From: Candidatus Electrothrix yaqonensis
GTDB lineage: Bacteria; Desulfobacterota; Desulfobulbia; Desulfobulbales; Desulfobulbaceae
Length of the DNA stretch: 32,000 bases
Direction: 5' to 3'
NCBI GenBank assembly: GCA_047651235.1
Contig: CP178758.1
Coordinates: forward strand, 3,270,001-3,302,000
The notes under the pieces are model-generated. The model did not search any database, had not been told where the DNA came from, and was given only the letters and a program-made list of their open reading frames with translations. A program made the position numbers and the translations under genes. Of the stretch, positions 7,813 through 16,920 are shown piece by piece; positions within the stretch are counted from its first letter, which is position 1; each line of letters opens with the position of its first letter.

Positions 7813-7947
7813 GTACCCGACAGGTCGAAATATAGCTAAATAAAACTGAATATTTAAGATGCACGTGCTATTTTTCCGATGGTCTTTTGACCCGATTACG
7901 AGTATTATGCAGCCCTGTTTATTATTTATCCACCGAGGAGAACCATC

Positions 7948-8640
7948 ATGAACTACTCTTCTGAAGTTAAGGAGATGCACTGTGTGGCCCAGGGGCCGAA
8001 TCACGGTCCGGCGCCCATCCCCCAGGAAGGACAGTGGAATCAGGTGCGTCAGATTGGCGATATCAACGGATTGACGCACGGCGTGGGCTGGTGTGCGCCC
8101 CATCAGGGGGCCTGCAAGCTGACCCTCAACATCAAAGAAGGAATCATCGAAGAAGCCCTGATCGAGACCATCGGCTGCACCGGCATGACCCATTCTGCGG
8201 CTATGGCCTCAGAGATCCTGCCCGGCAAGACCATCCTGGAAGCCCTGAACACCGATCTGGTCTGTGACGCTATCAACGTGGCCATGCGGGAGCTGTTCAA
8301 GCAAATCAGCTACGGTCGCAGTCAGTCTGCGTTCTCTGAAGGTGGCCTGCCCATCGGCGCTGGCCTGGAGGATCTGGGCAAGGGACTGCGTTCGGTGACC
8401 GGAACCACCTACGGCACCAAGCTTAAAGGCCCCCGCTATCTGGAAGTGGCTGAAGGCTACGTGGTGGAGCTAGGCCTGGACAAGGATGACGAGATCATCG
8501 GCTATAAGTTCGTCAAGATGGGACCGATGCTGGAAGCCATCAAAAAAGGGGTTGATCCGGCAACGGCGATGGAAGAGGCAACCGGCACCTACGGCAGGTT
8601 TGCCGATGCCGTGAAAACTATTGACCCTCGGCAGGAGTAG
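7948..8640 (+). CDS. NifU/IscU-like Fe-S scaffold-domain protein with a C-terminal extension
   Basis: RBS GAGGAG. GWCAPHQGACKLTLNIKEGIIEEALIETIGCTGMTHSAAMASEILPGKTILEAL follows the IscU N-domain pattern (CGD..l.i....I.da.f...GC.a.iASsS...e...GKt..EA). Confidence 0.8.
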   Translation: MNYSSEVKEMHCVAQGPNHGPAPIPQEGQWNQVRQIGDINGLTHGVGWCAPHQGACKLTLNIKEGIIEEALIETIGCTGMTHSAAMASEILPGKTILEALNTDLVCDAINVAMRELFKQISYGRSQSAFSEGGLPIGAGLEDLGKGLRSVTGTTYGTKLKGPRYLEVAEGYVVELGLDKDDEIIGYKFVKMGPMLEAIKKGVDPATAMEEATGTYGRFADAVKTIDPRQE

Positions 8641-8645
8641 AGATC

Positions 8646-9644
8646 ATGGCCTTATTTGAAGGATACGAACGAAGAATTGACAAGATCAATGCGGCTCTGG
8701 CCGAGTACGGTATTACGGATCTTGAAGAAGCCCGACAGATGAGCAAGGATGCTGGCCTGGATGTGTACTCCATCGTGAAAGAGGTCCAGCCCATCTGTTT
8801 TGAAAATGCCTGCTGGGCCTATATTGCTGGCGCGGCTGTGGCCCTGAAAAAAGGCCAGACCAAGGCGGTGGATATCGCCGCAACCCTGGGTATCGGCCTC
8901 CAGGCCTTTTGCATTCCCGGCTCGGTGGCGGAAAACCGTAAGGTAGGTATCGGGCACGGTAATCTGGCCGCCATGCTGCTCAACGAAAACACCCGTTGCT
9001 TTGCCTTTCTGGCCGGGCACGAATCCTTTGCCGCCGCAGAGGGAGCTATAGGACTTGCAAGATCCGCTAATCGGGTACGCACCGAACCACTCCGGGTCAT
9101 CCTCAACGGTTTGGGCAAGGACGCAGCCTACATCATCTCCCGAATCAACGGCTTCACTTATGTGCGGACCCAGTTTGATTATGCCGACAGTGTTCTGAAT
9201 ATTGTCTCCGAAAAGCCCTTCTCAGGCGGTGAACGGGCCAAGGTGCGCTGCTTCGGTGCTGATGATGTCCGCGAAGGGGTGGCTATCAACCATCACGAAG
9301 GGGTTGATGTCTCCATTACCGGCAACTCCACCAATCCCACCCGTTTCCAGCATCCGGTGGCTGGCACCTATAAAAAGGAATGTGTGGAGCAGGGCAAGCA
9401 GTATTTTTCCGTGGCCTCGGGCGGCGGCACCGGCCGGACCCTGCACCCGGATAATATGGCTGCTGGCCCGGCGTCCTACGGCATGACCGACACTATGGGC
9501 AGGATGCACTGTGATGCCCAGTTTGCCGGGTCTTCCTCGGTTCCGGCCCATGTGGAAATGATGGGCTTTATCGGCATGGGCAACAATCCGATGGTCGGGG
9601 CCTCAGTGGCCGTGGCTGTCGCGATGGAGCAGACTGCAGGGTAA
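8646..9644 (+). CDS. GGGtGRT-family protein (conserved, function unknown)
   Basis: RBS AGGAG. It contains the eponymous SGGGTGRTLHP motif. It starts 5 nt after the NifU-like stop. Confidence 0.85.
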   Translation: MALFEGYERRIDKINAALAEYGITDLEEARQMSKDAGLDVYSIVKEVQPICFENACWAYIAGAAVALKKGQTKAVDIAATLGIGLQAFCIPGSVAENRKVGIGHGNLAAMLLNENTRCFAFLAGHESFAAAEGAIGLARSANRVRTEPLRVILNGLGKDAAYIISRINGFTYVRTQFDYADSVLNIVSEKPFSGGERAKVRCFGADDVREGVAINHHEGVDVSITGNSTNPTRFQHPVAGTYKKECVEQGKQYFSVASGGGTGRTLHPDNMAAGPASYGMTDTMGRMHCDAQFAGSSSVPAHVEMMGFIGMGNNPMVGASVAVAVAMEQTAG

Positions 9645-9679
9645 AAAAAAATGGCCTGCACCCGAAACGGCTGCAGGCC
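9643..9679 (-). terminator. Strong Rho-independent terminator, probably bidirectional
   Basis: Perfect 8-bp stem ggcctgca (9653-9660) / tgcaggcc (9672-9679). On the minus strand it is followed by a run of nine U (complement of 9643-9651). It sits between convergent genes ending at 9644 (+) and 9714 (-). Confidence 0.7.
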
Positions 9680-9713
9680 AAGATAATTACTCCGAAGTTC
9701 AGCGACGTAACTG

Positions 9714-10625
9714 TTAGTCCTCCGGATCGGCTTCTTCTGTAGAAAATTCCGGGTACGCCCCGGCCAAAGTCTCTGCCACAGCCCGCACGTCTTCTTCCGG
9801 TACTCCGGCCTCTCGTACAGCAGCGGAAATCTCAGCTATTTTTTCGGCTTTAGTTTCATCTGAAACAGCATCTTCCAATTCGGGTCCGGCTATAGCCTCC
9901 GCCACAGCTTCCACGTCCTCTTCCGGCACTCCGGCCTCTCGTGCGCTGTCAGCCGCTTCAATTATTCTTTCTTCATAGTTTGTTGCTTCATCAGGGAAAT
10001 CCTCAGAAAGAGCGGCTGCACCAAGCGTTTCGGCTATCATTTCGACATCTTCTTCCGGTACTCCGGATGCCCGCACTGAAGCGGCAACCTCCATCTGTTG
10101 ACTGGCGGTCAATTCATCCTGATCTGTCAGTTCCGTATCTATACCGGTCAAGCCTGCCAGTGTTGACGCCACAGCTTCGATATCTTCTTCCGGCACTCCG
10201 GATGCCCGTACCGAAGCGACCAGATCCTCCATAGTCTGCGGTGCGGATACCGCTTCCGTCGTTTCTGAAACAGGCAACGGATCCGTTCCATTCAGGCCTG
10301 CCAGAGTTTCTGCCACCATTTCTACATCCTCTTCCGGCACCCCGGATGCCCGCACTGAAGCGGAGAGTTCCTTTATCCTTATTTTCTGCTTCCTGTCACG
10401 AATTTGAGAACTAACAGCTGTATTGCTAGTTCTCGATGCAGTATCAGATGGTTGTTTCAATGAGGAAGGCACAGCTTTCTTTTCATTTACAGCAGCTACC
10501 GGCATAATAGGGTCCGTTGCCGCTTCCGGCAGCAATTCGCCTCTTATCCAGTATCCTCCCAAAAACGCCACCGACATCGCTGCTGTTGACAAAAAATAAA
10601 AAATCGGTTTCATCCAAGTCCCCAT
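9714..10625 (-). CDS. Membrane-anchored, highly acidic protein with five tandem SVRASGVPEEDVEAVAETLAG-type repeats
   Basis: 303-aa ORF with an N-terminal hydrophobic anchor or signal (KPIFYFLSTAAMSVAFLGGYW), a Ser/Thr-rich linker, then five repeats. The alternative start ATG 10613 has GGGGA upstream. Confidence 0.8.
   Translation of the reverse strand: MGTWMKPIFYFLSTAAMSVAFLGGYWIRGELLPEAATDPIMPVAAVNEKKAVPSSLKQPSDTASRTSNTAVSSQIRDRKQKIRIKELSASVRASGVPEEDVEMVAETLAGLNGTDPLPVSETTEAVSAPQTMEDLVASVRASGVPEEDIEAVASTLAGLTGIDTELTDQDELTASQQMEVAASVRASGVPEEDVEMIAETLGAAALSEDFPDEATNYEERIIEAADSAREAGVPEEDVEAVAEAIAGPELEDAVSDETKAEKIAEISAAVREAGVPEEDVRAVAETLAGAYPEFSTEEADPED
9759..10373 (-). repeat. In-frame tandem coding repeats (five units, 41-48 codon period)
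   Basis: The core GVPEEDV(E/R)(A/M)(V/I)AE(T/A)(L/I)(A)G recurs at aa 85-110, 133-158, 178-202, 222-247 and 263-289 of the ORF. The spacers are divergent. Confidence 0.8.
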
Positions 10626-10643
10626 TTTTCTTTTTTTTCATCC

Positions 10644-10673
10644 GGGTTTCTTCAAGCGCAGTTGAAGAAACCC
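10644..10673 (-). other. Perfect 12-bp intercistronic stem-loop
   Basis: gggtttcttcaa (10644-10655) pairs with ttgaagaaaccc (10662-10673) around loop gcgcag. It lies between the stop at 10698 and the start at 10625. It is followed by an A-run, not a U-run, on the coding strand. Confidence 0.6.
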
Positions 10674-10697
10674 AAGCACGTATCCTGCAGGCAACCC

Positions 10698-11030
10698 TTA
10701 GTAATTGTAAATATTCATAGCGTAAACTTCTCCGCCATAACGAAATGTACCGTCACTCCAAAAGGTGTTTAAACAACCAATTTTCACCTGGAGATGATTT
10801 TCCATAGCATTTCTGGCCGTCTGAATCAAAATGTCATCATCAGTCCTGCAATAATAACCAAATGCGGGAAGGACGGAGCTAGAAGTAAAATAAATATAAT
10901 AACGGCCTCCCGGCCTGACCTGCGTTATACGGATAGTGCCATTAGCGCTTACGGCCTCCGCTGAGCCGACACCCATCAGCATCGTCATCCCCACCAGAAT
11001 AGCAGAAAAAAACAATTTAATCTTCTCCAT
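10698..11030 (-). CDS. Small secreted protein, paralog B (family not recognised)
   Basis: ORF 10698..11090 trimmed to ATG 11030, which is preceded by GAGGAG. Signal peptide MEKIKLFFSAILVGMTMLMGVGSAEA. The mature ~85 aa carry two Cys and align along their length with the 11239..11577 product. Confidence 0.8.
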   Translation of the reverse strand: MEKIKLFFSAILVGMTMLMGVGSAEAVSANGTIRITQVRPGGRYYIYFTSSSVLPAFGYYCRTDDDILIQTARNAMENHLQVKIGCLNTFWSDGTFRYGGEVYAMNIYNY

Positions 11031-11238
11031 AAGATTCACTCCTCGTTTTGTAAATGAAGTTAATGTGATTGACAAAGCTTCTGTATGCAATAAACAGAAA
11101 CAATCTTACCCTTCAGTACATAATTATTTATTTTCATCAGCTACCGGTAAATAGAACCTTTTTCCACCTCCGACAGCAAGTCGCCCCTTATCCGGAACTC
11201 CCAAAGACACCCGGGCAAGTGCCCCTGCAAGGCCCCCC

Positions 11239-11577
11239 TTAGAAACTGTAATTATACATAGTTTCAATTTCTCCGCCATAACGAAAAGCACCGGAAGTCC
11301 AGGAGGTACCATCACAATAAAATTTCACCTGGAGATGATTTTCCATAGCATCTTCGGCCGCCTGAATCAAAGTGTCATCATAGGTCCTGCAATAATAAAT
11401 AAATGAGGGAAGGACTGAGTCATAAGTAAAATAAATGTAATGATAATTGTCTCCCGGCCTGACCTGCGTCACACGAATAGTACCACTAGCGCTTACTCCT
11501 GCCTCCGCAGACCCGGCACCCATTATCATCGTCCCCCCGACCAGAGCAGCAGCAAAAAACAATTTAACTTTCTTCAT
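11239..11577 (-). CDS. Small secreted protein, paralog A (family not recognised)
   Basis: RBS AAGGGGAGAG. Signal peptide MKKVKLFFAAALVGGTMIMGAGSAEA. Shared blocks with paralog B: GTIR(V/I)TQVRPG, YIYFT, SVLP(S/A)F.YYCRT.DD.LIQ.A..AMENHLQVK, FRYGGE. Confidence 0.8.
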   Translation of the reverse strand: MKKVKLFFAAALVGGTMIMGAGSAEAGVSASGTIRVTQVRPGDNYHYIYFTYDSVLPSFIYYCRTYDDTLIQAAEDAMENHLQVKFYCDGTSWTSGAFRYGGEIETMYNYSF

Positions 11578-11678
11578 AATACTCTCCCCTTGCTTTATAT
11601 TTGACTGAGAACACTTTTTCCCTCTAACATGTTATTGAAGGTTGTGCAATATAAAAAATATCAGAGTTAGAAAAAAAA

Positions 11679-12707
11679 TCACCCCCAGCTCTCCTCCTTC
11701 AGACTGCGCTGGACAAGTTCCTGCACAGCATCCCGGCACGGTTTGTCTTTATACAGAATCTGATAGGTCTGCTCAAGAATAGGCATTTCAACGCCCACGT
11801 CCGCAGCCAGTTTGTGGCAGGATTTAGTGGTTTTTACCCCCTCTGCCACCATCGTCATTTCATCCAGAGCCTGCTGCAGGGTCAGGCCTTCGCCGAGCAT
11901 CAGGCCCACGGTGCGGTTACGGCTCAGGCTGCCGGTGCAGGTCAGCACCAGATCGCCCATGCCTCCGAGGCCGGAAAAGGTGAGCGGATCAGCTCCGAGC
12001 GCGACCCCGAGACGGGTAATTTCCGCAAGTCCTCGGGTGATCAGGGCTGCCCTGGTGTTCAAACCGTAGCCTAAGCCATCAGCGATACCGGCGGCAATGG
12101 CGATCACGTTCTTCATGGCTGCGGAGATTTCCAGGCCGATGGTATCCGAGCTGGTGTACACCCGGAAAAAAGGTGTGGAAAAAAGCCGCTGCACTGCTTC
12201 TGCAACCTGCCTGTCCGCAAATCCGACGGTCACGGCCGTGGGCTGCCCGGCAGCAACCTCATCGGCAAAACTGGGGCCGCTCAGTACGCCGGTGAACATG
12301 GCATCTGTCCGTTTCTGCCGGACAAGCTCCTGCTGCATGACCCTGCACATGGTCTGCCGGGTCTCGATTTCAATGCCCTTGACCGCTGAAACCAAAACGC
12401 AGCCGTGGTGCAGGCGGGGAACAAGCTCGGCAAAGACCTGCCGGAATCCGTGGGATGGTACGACCATAACCACGCATTGACATTCACTGACGCAGTCAAG
12501 CGTGTAGGGCAGCTCCAGATTCTCCGGGAGAACAGCACCGGGCAGATACTGCCGGTTTTCCCGGTGCTCCCGCAGGGCATCGGTGTGCTCGGCCCGATGA
12601 CTCCAGAGGTTGACCTGCTCCCCTTTATCGGCCAGCAGTTTGGCCAGGGCCGTGCCCCAGCTACCGGCTCCGATCACTGCTGTCTGTTTAATCGGCCGCA
12701 GTATCAT
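11679..12707 (-). CDS. gpsA: NAD(P)H-dependent glycerol-3-phosphate dehydrogenase
   Basis: ORF trimmed to ATG 12707, which is preceded by [24 protein letters not shown] Rossmann motif and typical GpsA text throughout. It overlaps the gyrA stop by 20 nt. Confidence 0.9.
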   Translation of the reverse strand: MILRPIKQTAVIGAGSWGTALAKLLADKGEQVNLWSHRAEHTDALREHRENRQYLPGAVLPENLELPYTLDCVSECQCVVMVVPSHGFRQVFAELVPRLHHGCVLVSAVKGIEIETRQTMCRVMQQELVRQKRTDAMFTGVLSGPSFADEVAAGQPTAVTVGFADRQVAEAVQRLFSTPFFRVYTSSDTIGLEISAAMKNVIAIAAGIADGLGYGLNTRAALITRGLAEITRLGVALGADPLTFSGLGGMGDLVLTCTGSLSRNRTVGLMLGEGLTLQQALDEMTMVAEGVKTTKSCHKLAADVGVEMPILEQTYQILYKDKPCRDAVQELVQRSLKEESWG

Positions 12708-15216
12708 CTGACACTCCTCCCGCTTCATCCTCCTCATCCACCCCGTTGCTCCGGGCCAGCATGGACATGGCAACCACCTTTTCTTCTTCACCGAGGTTGA
12801 TCATTTTTACCCCCTTGGTAATTCGGCCGATCACCCGCATGGAGTCCATGGGCAGACGGATGACCTTGGCGGAATTGGCGATCAGCATGACCTGATCCTC
12901 ATCCACCACCTGCAGGGCGCCGACCACCATGCCGTTCCGTTTGCTGGTTTTGATGGCAAAGACTCCTTTGCCGCCCCGCTTCTGCAGACGGTAGTCGGTG
13001 ACTGCTGTCCGTTTGCCGTAGCCGTTTTCCGTGACCGTGAGGATGGTATCGGTATCATCCGCTGCATGATTTTTCAGGACAACTGCAGCCACCACTTCGT
13101 CATCCTTGGCCAGGGTAATCCCCTTGACCCCGGCAGCAGTACGGCCCATGACCCGGACATCGGATTCATGAAAATGAATGGATTGACCCTTTCTGGTGAC
13201 CAGAAAGACGCGGTCATCTCCGGAGGTGATGGCGGCACAGAGCATTTCATCGTCCTCCTTGATGGTCAGGCCGTATTTGCCCTTGCGCACCGGCTTTTTA
13301 TATTCGGCAATGCTGGTTTTCTTTACCCGGCCTTTTTTGGTGACCGTGAGGATGGAATAGCCCGCATCTGCTTCGGCCAGATTCGGCACGGCAAGAATGG
13401 CAGCCAGTTTTTCGCCTTCGCTCAGTTCCAGGAGGTTGACGATGGCCCGGCCCCGTGCTGTCCGTCCGGCCATGGGCAGTTCATAGACCTTACGCCAGAA
13501 CACCCTAGCCTTGTTGGTAAAAAAGAGAAAAGTATCCAGGGTGGAACCGGTGTACAGATCCGTGACAAAATCGTCCTCCACCGCAGCCATGCCGGTGATG
13601 CCCTTGCCGCCTCTGCGCTGGGCCCGGTATAAAGAAAGCTGGTTGCGCTTGATATACCCCTGATGGGAGACCGTGACCACCATCTCCTCCGGGGTGATCA
13701 TGTCCTCGGGCAGAATCTCGTCCGGCGCTTCGATAATCTCGGTCCGCCGTTCATCCCCGTACTGCTCGCGAACAGCCTCGAACTCCTCCCGGATGATCTT
13801 CATGACCAAGGTATCATCGCCGAGCACTTCCCTGAGTCGGACGATCAGCTCCATGATCTCCGTGTATTCCTGAATAATTTTATCCCGTTCCAGGCCGGTG
13901 AGCTTCTGCAGCCGCATATCCAGGATAACCTGAGCCTGCAGTTCAGACAGGTCAAAACATTCAATCAGCCCGGCTTTGGCTTCAGCCGGACCGGCAGATG
14001 CCCTGATCAGAGCAACCACCTCGTCCAGGTTGTCCAGAGCGATTTTGAGGCCCTCCAGCAGATGGGCGCGTTCTTCGGCCTTGCGCAGCTCAAAAGCGGT
14101 CCGGCGGTAGACCACGGTTCTCCGGTGGTCGATAAAGTGCATCAGCACTTCTTTCAGGTTCAGGACTTCCGGCTTGCTGTTGACAATACAGAGCATGATG
14201 ATGCCGAAGCTGCTCTGCAGCGTGGTCAGCTTAAAGAGCTGGTTGATGGTCACGTCGGCGATCTCGTCCTTTTTCAGATCCATGACGATCCTCATGCCGT
14301 GCCGGTCTGATTCGTCCCGCACTTCGGCAATGGAGGTGATGCGTTTTTCCTTCATCAGCAGAGCAATTTTCTTGACCAATTTTGCCTTGTTCTGCTGAAA
14401 GGGAATCTCGGTGACCACAATCGACTCCCCGCCTCCGCCTTTTTTGCGCTCCTCTACATGCATCTTGGCCCGCATAGTGATCACGCCGCGCCCGGTTTCA
14501 TAGGCTTCGCGGATCCCGGCCCGGCCGCAGATAAAGCCGCCGGTGGGGAAATCCGGCCCGGTGATGATCCCCATGAGCTGATGCACAGTCAGGTCGGCGT
14601 CATCAATCAGGGCAATGAGTCCGTCAATCACTTCGTTCAGATTATGGGGCGGAATCTTGGTGGCCATGCCCACCGCGATTCCCTCAGAGCCGTTGATCAG
14701 GATATTGGGGATTTTTGCCGGAAGGACCGTCGGCTCCAGCTGTGAATTGTCATAGGTCGGGACAAAATCAACTGTTTCTTTTTCAATATCAGCAACAAGT
14801 TCCTGATCCAGCCTGGTCATCCGGGCTTCTGTATAGCGCATGGCTGCAGGCGGGTCGCCGTCCATGGACCCGAAGTTACCCTGGCCGTCCACCAGGGGAT
14901 AGCGCAGGGAAAAGTCCTGTGCCATCCGCACCAGCGTGTCGTAAACCGCTGTATCGCCGTGAGGATGATATTTACCGATCACATCACCGACAATCCGGGC
15001 GGATTTAACATAGGGCCGGTTAAAGGTGGTGCCCAGCTCCCGCATGGCATACAGGGTACGCCGGTGCACCGGCTTCAGGCCGTCGCGCACATCGGGCAGA
15101 GCCCTGCCCACGATAACGGACATGGCATAGTCCAGATAGGACTTGCGCAGTTCCTGTTCGATATTAATGGCGGGAAATTCGGATGAAGTCTTTTCCTGGT
15201 CTGTTGCTGTTGTCAT
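12688..15216 (-). CDS. gyrA: DNA gyrase subunit A
   Basis: Hallmarks: [24 protein letters not shown] (catalytic Tyr), C-terminal repeat domain and acidic tail. The start was chosen at ATG 15216 (AAGGA upstream). ATG 15243 or 15288 are possible. Confidence 0.95.
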   Translation of the reverse strand: MTTATDQEKTSSEFPAINIEQELRKSYLDYAMSVIVGRALPDVRDGLKPVHRRTLYAMRELGTTFNRPYVKSARIVGDVIGKYHPHGDTAVYDTLVRMAQDFSLRYPLVDGQGNFGSMDGDPPAAMRYTEARMTRLDQELVADIEKETVDFVPTYDNSQLEPTVLPAKIPNILINGSEGIAVGMATKIPPHNLNEVIDGLIALIDDADLTVHQLMGIITGPDFPTGGFICGRAGIREAYETGRGVITMRAKMHVEERKKGGGGESIVVTEIPFQQNKAKLVKKIALLMKEKRITSIAEVRDESDRHGMRIVMDLKKDEIADVTINQLFKLTTLQSSFGIIMLCIVNSKPEVLNLKEVLMHFIDHRRTVVYRRTAFELRKAEERAHLLEGLKIALDNLDEVVALIRASAGPAEAKAGLIECFDLSELQAQVILDMRLQKLTGLERDKIIQEYTEIMELIVRLREVLGDDTLVMKIIREEFEAVREQYGDERRTEIIEAPDEILPEDMITPEEMVVTVSHQGYIKRNQLSLYRAQRRGGKGITGMAAVEDDFVTDLYTGSTLDTFLFFTNKARVFWRKVYELPMAGRTARGRAIVNLLELSEGEKLAAILAVPNLAEADAGYSILTVTKKGRVKKTSIAEYKKPVRKGKYGLTIKEDDEMLCAAITSGDDRVFLVTRKGQSIHFHESDVRVMGRTAAGVKGITLAKDDEVVAAVVLKNHAADDTDTILTVTENGYGKRTAVTDYRLQKRGGKGVFAIKTSKRNGMVVGALQVVDEDQVMLIANSAKVIRLPMDSMRVIGRITKGVKMINLGEEEKVVAMSMLARSNGVDEEDEAGGVSDDTAAD

Positions 15217-15525
15217 ACCTGTTATGTCGTCCTTATTCGTCATGTCACACTGATGCCGCAGAAATCCTCCGGCAGAGAAATTTGACAATTTAACTACAAA
15301 CCATGATCTTTTTCATTAACTAACTATCCGACCCGCACGTTTTTCATCTTCCCCTGCCGGAAACCGCCTGCTCTGTTGCTCTGTTTTTCTTTACCCTGAA
15401 CAATAAATGCGCTATGCTCAGGCACGATGTCATATTTTCTTATTTTGATTTTCTGTCCGTGAACCCGAAAACCTGAGTGAACAGTAGAGAATCAACAACG
15501 GAGATTAACAACGGAGAACTGTTTG

Positions 15526-15990
15526 ATGAGTGAGGAGAAAGAGGCCCGCCTGCCTGTACAGTTGCCTATAGATATCAGGGGGATTCTTGAGCTGCTGCCG
15601 CACCGGTATCCTTTTATTCTTCTGGACCGGGTGCTGGAATGTGAACGGGAAAAATCTATTATCGGTCTGAAGAATGTATCCATGGGAGAACCTTTTTTTC
15701 AGGGCCATTTTCCCGGCGAGCCGGTCATGCCCGGCGTCCTGATTCTTGAAGGGCTGGCCCAGACCGGAGCTGTGCTGGCCTATCTGTCCAATAAGGAACT
15801 TGACGGGAAACTGGTGTATTTTGCCGGAATGGACAAGGTCAGGTTCCGGCAGGTCGTGCGGCCCGGAGACCAACTTATCTATAAAGTGGAAATGGTCCGC
15901 CGGAAAACAAAACTGATCAAAGTGGAGTCCAGGGCCTATGTGAATGACGTGCTGGTGACCGAAGCCGAGCAGCTGGCCACGTTTTCCTGA
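15526..15990 (+). CDS. fabZ: 3-hydroxyacyl-ACP dehydratase
   Basis: LLPHRYPFILLDRV and GHFPGEPVMPGVLILEGLAQ motifs. ATG 15526 follows ACGGAGAA. The track's TTG at 15523 is one codon upstream. Confidence 0.95.
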   Translation: MSEEKEARLPVQLPIDIRGILELLPHRYPFILLDRVLECEREKSIIGLKNVSMGEPFFQGHFPGEPVMPGVLILEGLAQTGAVLAYLSNKELDGKLVYFAGMDKVRFRQVVRPGDQLIYKVEMVRRKTKLIKVESRAYVNDVLVTEAEQLATFS

Positions 15991-16113
15991 AGGCTTTGAA
16001 TCCTGAAATTCTGTGCAGGTTATCCCTCGGCACAGTCAATACAGTATCGGATCTTTCTGGATTTTTCTGATTATCGGCCCTGCCGGGTCGGCAAAAAATA
16101 TTTTTCATTTTCA

Positions 16114-16914
16114 ATGAGTATACACGCCACCGCCGTGGTCGATTCACAGGCGGAAATTCATGAAACAGCCTCCATCGGTGCATACAGCGTTATCGGGCCG
16201 GATGTCTCCATCGGCGCGGATACGGTGGTGGATCCCCATGCCGTGATTGCCGGTCATACCACTATCGGGGCGCGCAACCATATCGGTTCGTTTTCCTCCA
16301 TCGGCACGCCGCCCCAAGATATGCATTACAACAATGAACCCACAGAACTGATTGTCGGGGATGATAACAGAATCCGGGAATATGTCTCCATTCATCGGGG
16401 CACAGCCACCGGCAGCGGCAGAACAGTGATCGGCAATCATAATCTGCTCATGGCCTACTGTCATGTTGCCCATGACTGCATCCTGCATAACCATGTGATC
16501 ATGTCCAACGTGGCTACCTTGGGCGGGCATGTGGAGGTGGGCAGTTTTGCCAATCTCGGCGGGTTGGTGGCAGTGCATCAGTTCTGCCGGATCGGCTCCT
16601 ACACCTACATCGGCGGGATGTCCGGTATATCTCTGGATGTCCCGCCATATGTCCTGCTCACCGGCACCAGAAACCGGATGCGGATCACCGGGATCAACAA
16701 GATAGGCCTGCGCCGCAACGGGATGAGCAAAGAGGCGGTCCGGAGCCTTGAAGGCGCATTCCGGATTATCTTCCGTTCTCCGTCTGAGGTGCTGCTCAAG
16801 GATGCCTTGGATCAGACCATGCAGGAATTTCCGGATTCCGAAGAAGTGCTTGTGCTGGTGGATTTTTTCCGGGAAAGCAAACGGGGCGTGGTGAAGCGCA
16901 CAGAGGACGACTGA
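16114..16914 (+). CDS. lpxA: UDP-N-acetylglucosamine O-acyltransferase
   Basis: Left-handed beta-helix hexapeptide repeats with a helical C-domain (MRITGINKIGLRRNG). It occupies the canonical position after fabZ. Confidence 0.95.
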   Translation: MSIHATAVVDSQAEIHETASIGAYSVIGPDVSIGADTVVDPHAVIAGHTTIGARNHIGSFSSIGTPPQDMHYNNEPTELIVGDDNRIREYVSIHRGTATGSGRTVIGNHNLLMAYCHVAHDCILHNHVIMSNVATLGGHVEVGSFANLGGLVAVHQFCRIGSYTYIGGMSGISLDVPPYVLLTGTRNRMRITGINKIGLRRNGMSKEAVRSLEGAFRIIFRSPSEVLLKDALDQTMQEFPDSEEVLVLVDFFRESKRGVVKRTEDD

Positions 16915-16920
16915 ACCCGG

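Noticed and set aside
7768-8193. 141-aa minus-strand ORF overlapping the NifU-like start
   Set aside because: Most of it is antisense to the NifU-like CDS, and the remainder runs through the AT-rich promoter region. It has no SD.
11047-11075. Minus-strand TTGTCA-17nt-TACAAA promoter-like pair upstream of paralog B
   Set aside because: The -10 ends only about 3 nt before the SD (GAGGAG). Transcripts started there would lack the ribosome-binding site, so it is probably fortuitous.
13066-14310. 188-aa and 215-aa plus-strand ORFs inside gyrA
   Set aside because: They are antisense shadows of an unambiguous gyrA reading frame.
15494-15517. Direct repeat AACAACGGAGA x2 just upstream of fabZ
   Set aside because: This is a tiny 13-bp-period duplication. 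The second unit simply provides the SD, and there is no evidence of a regulatory role.
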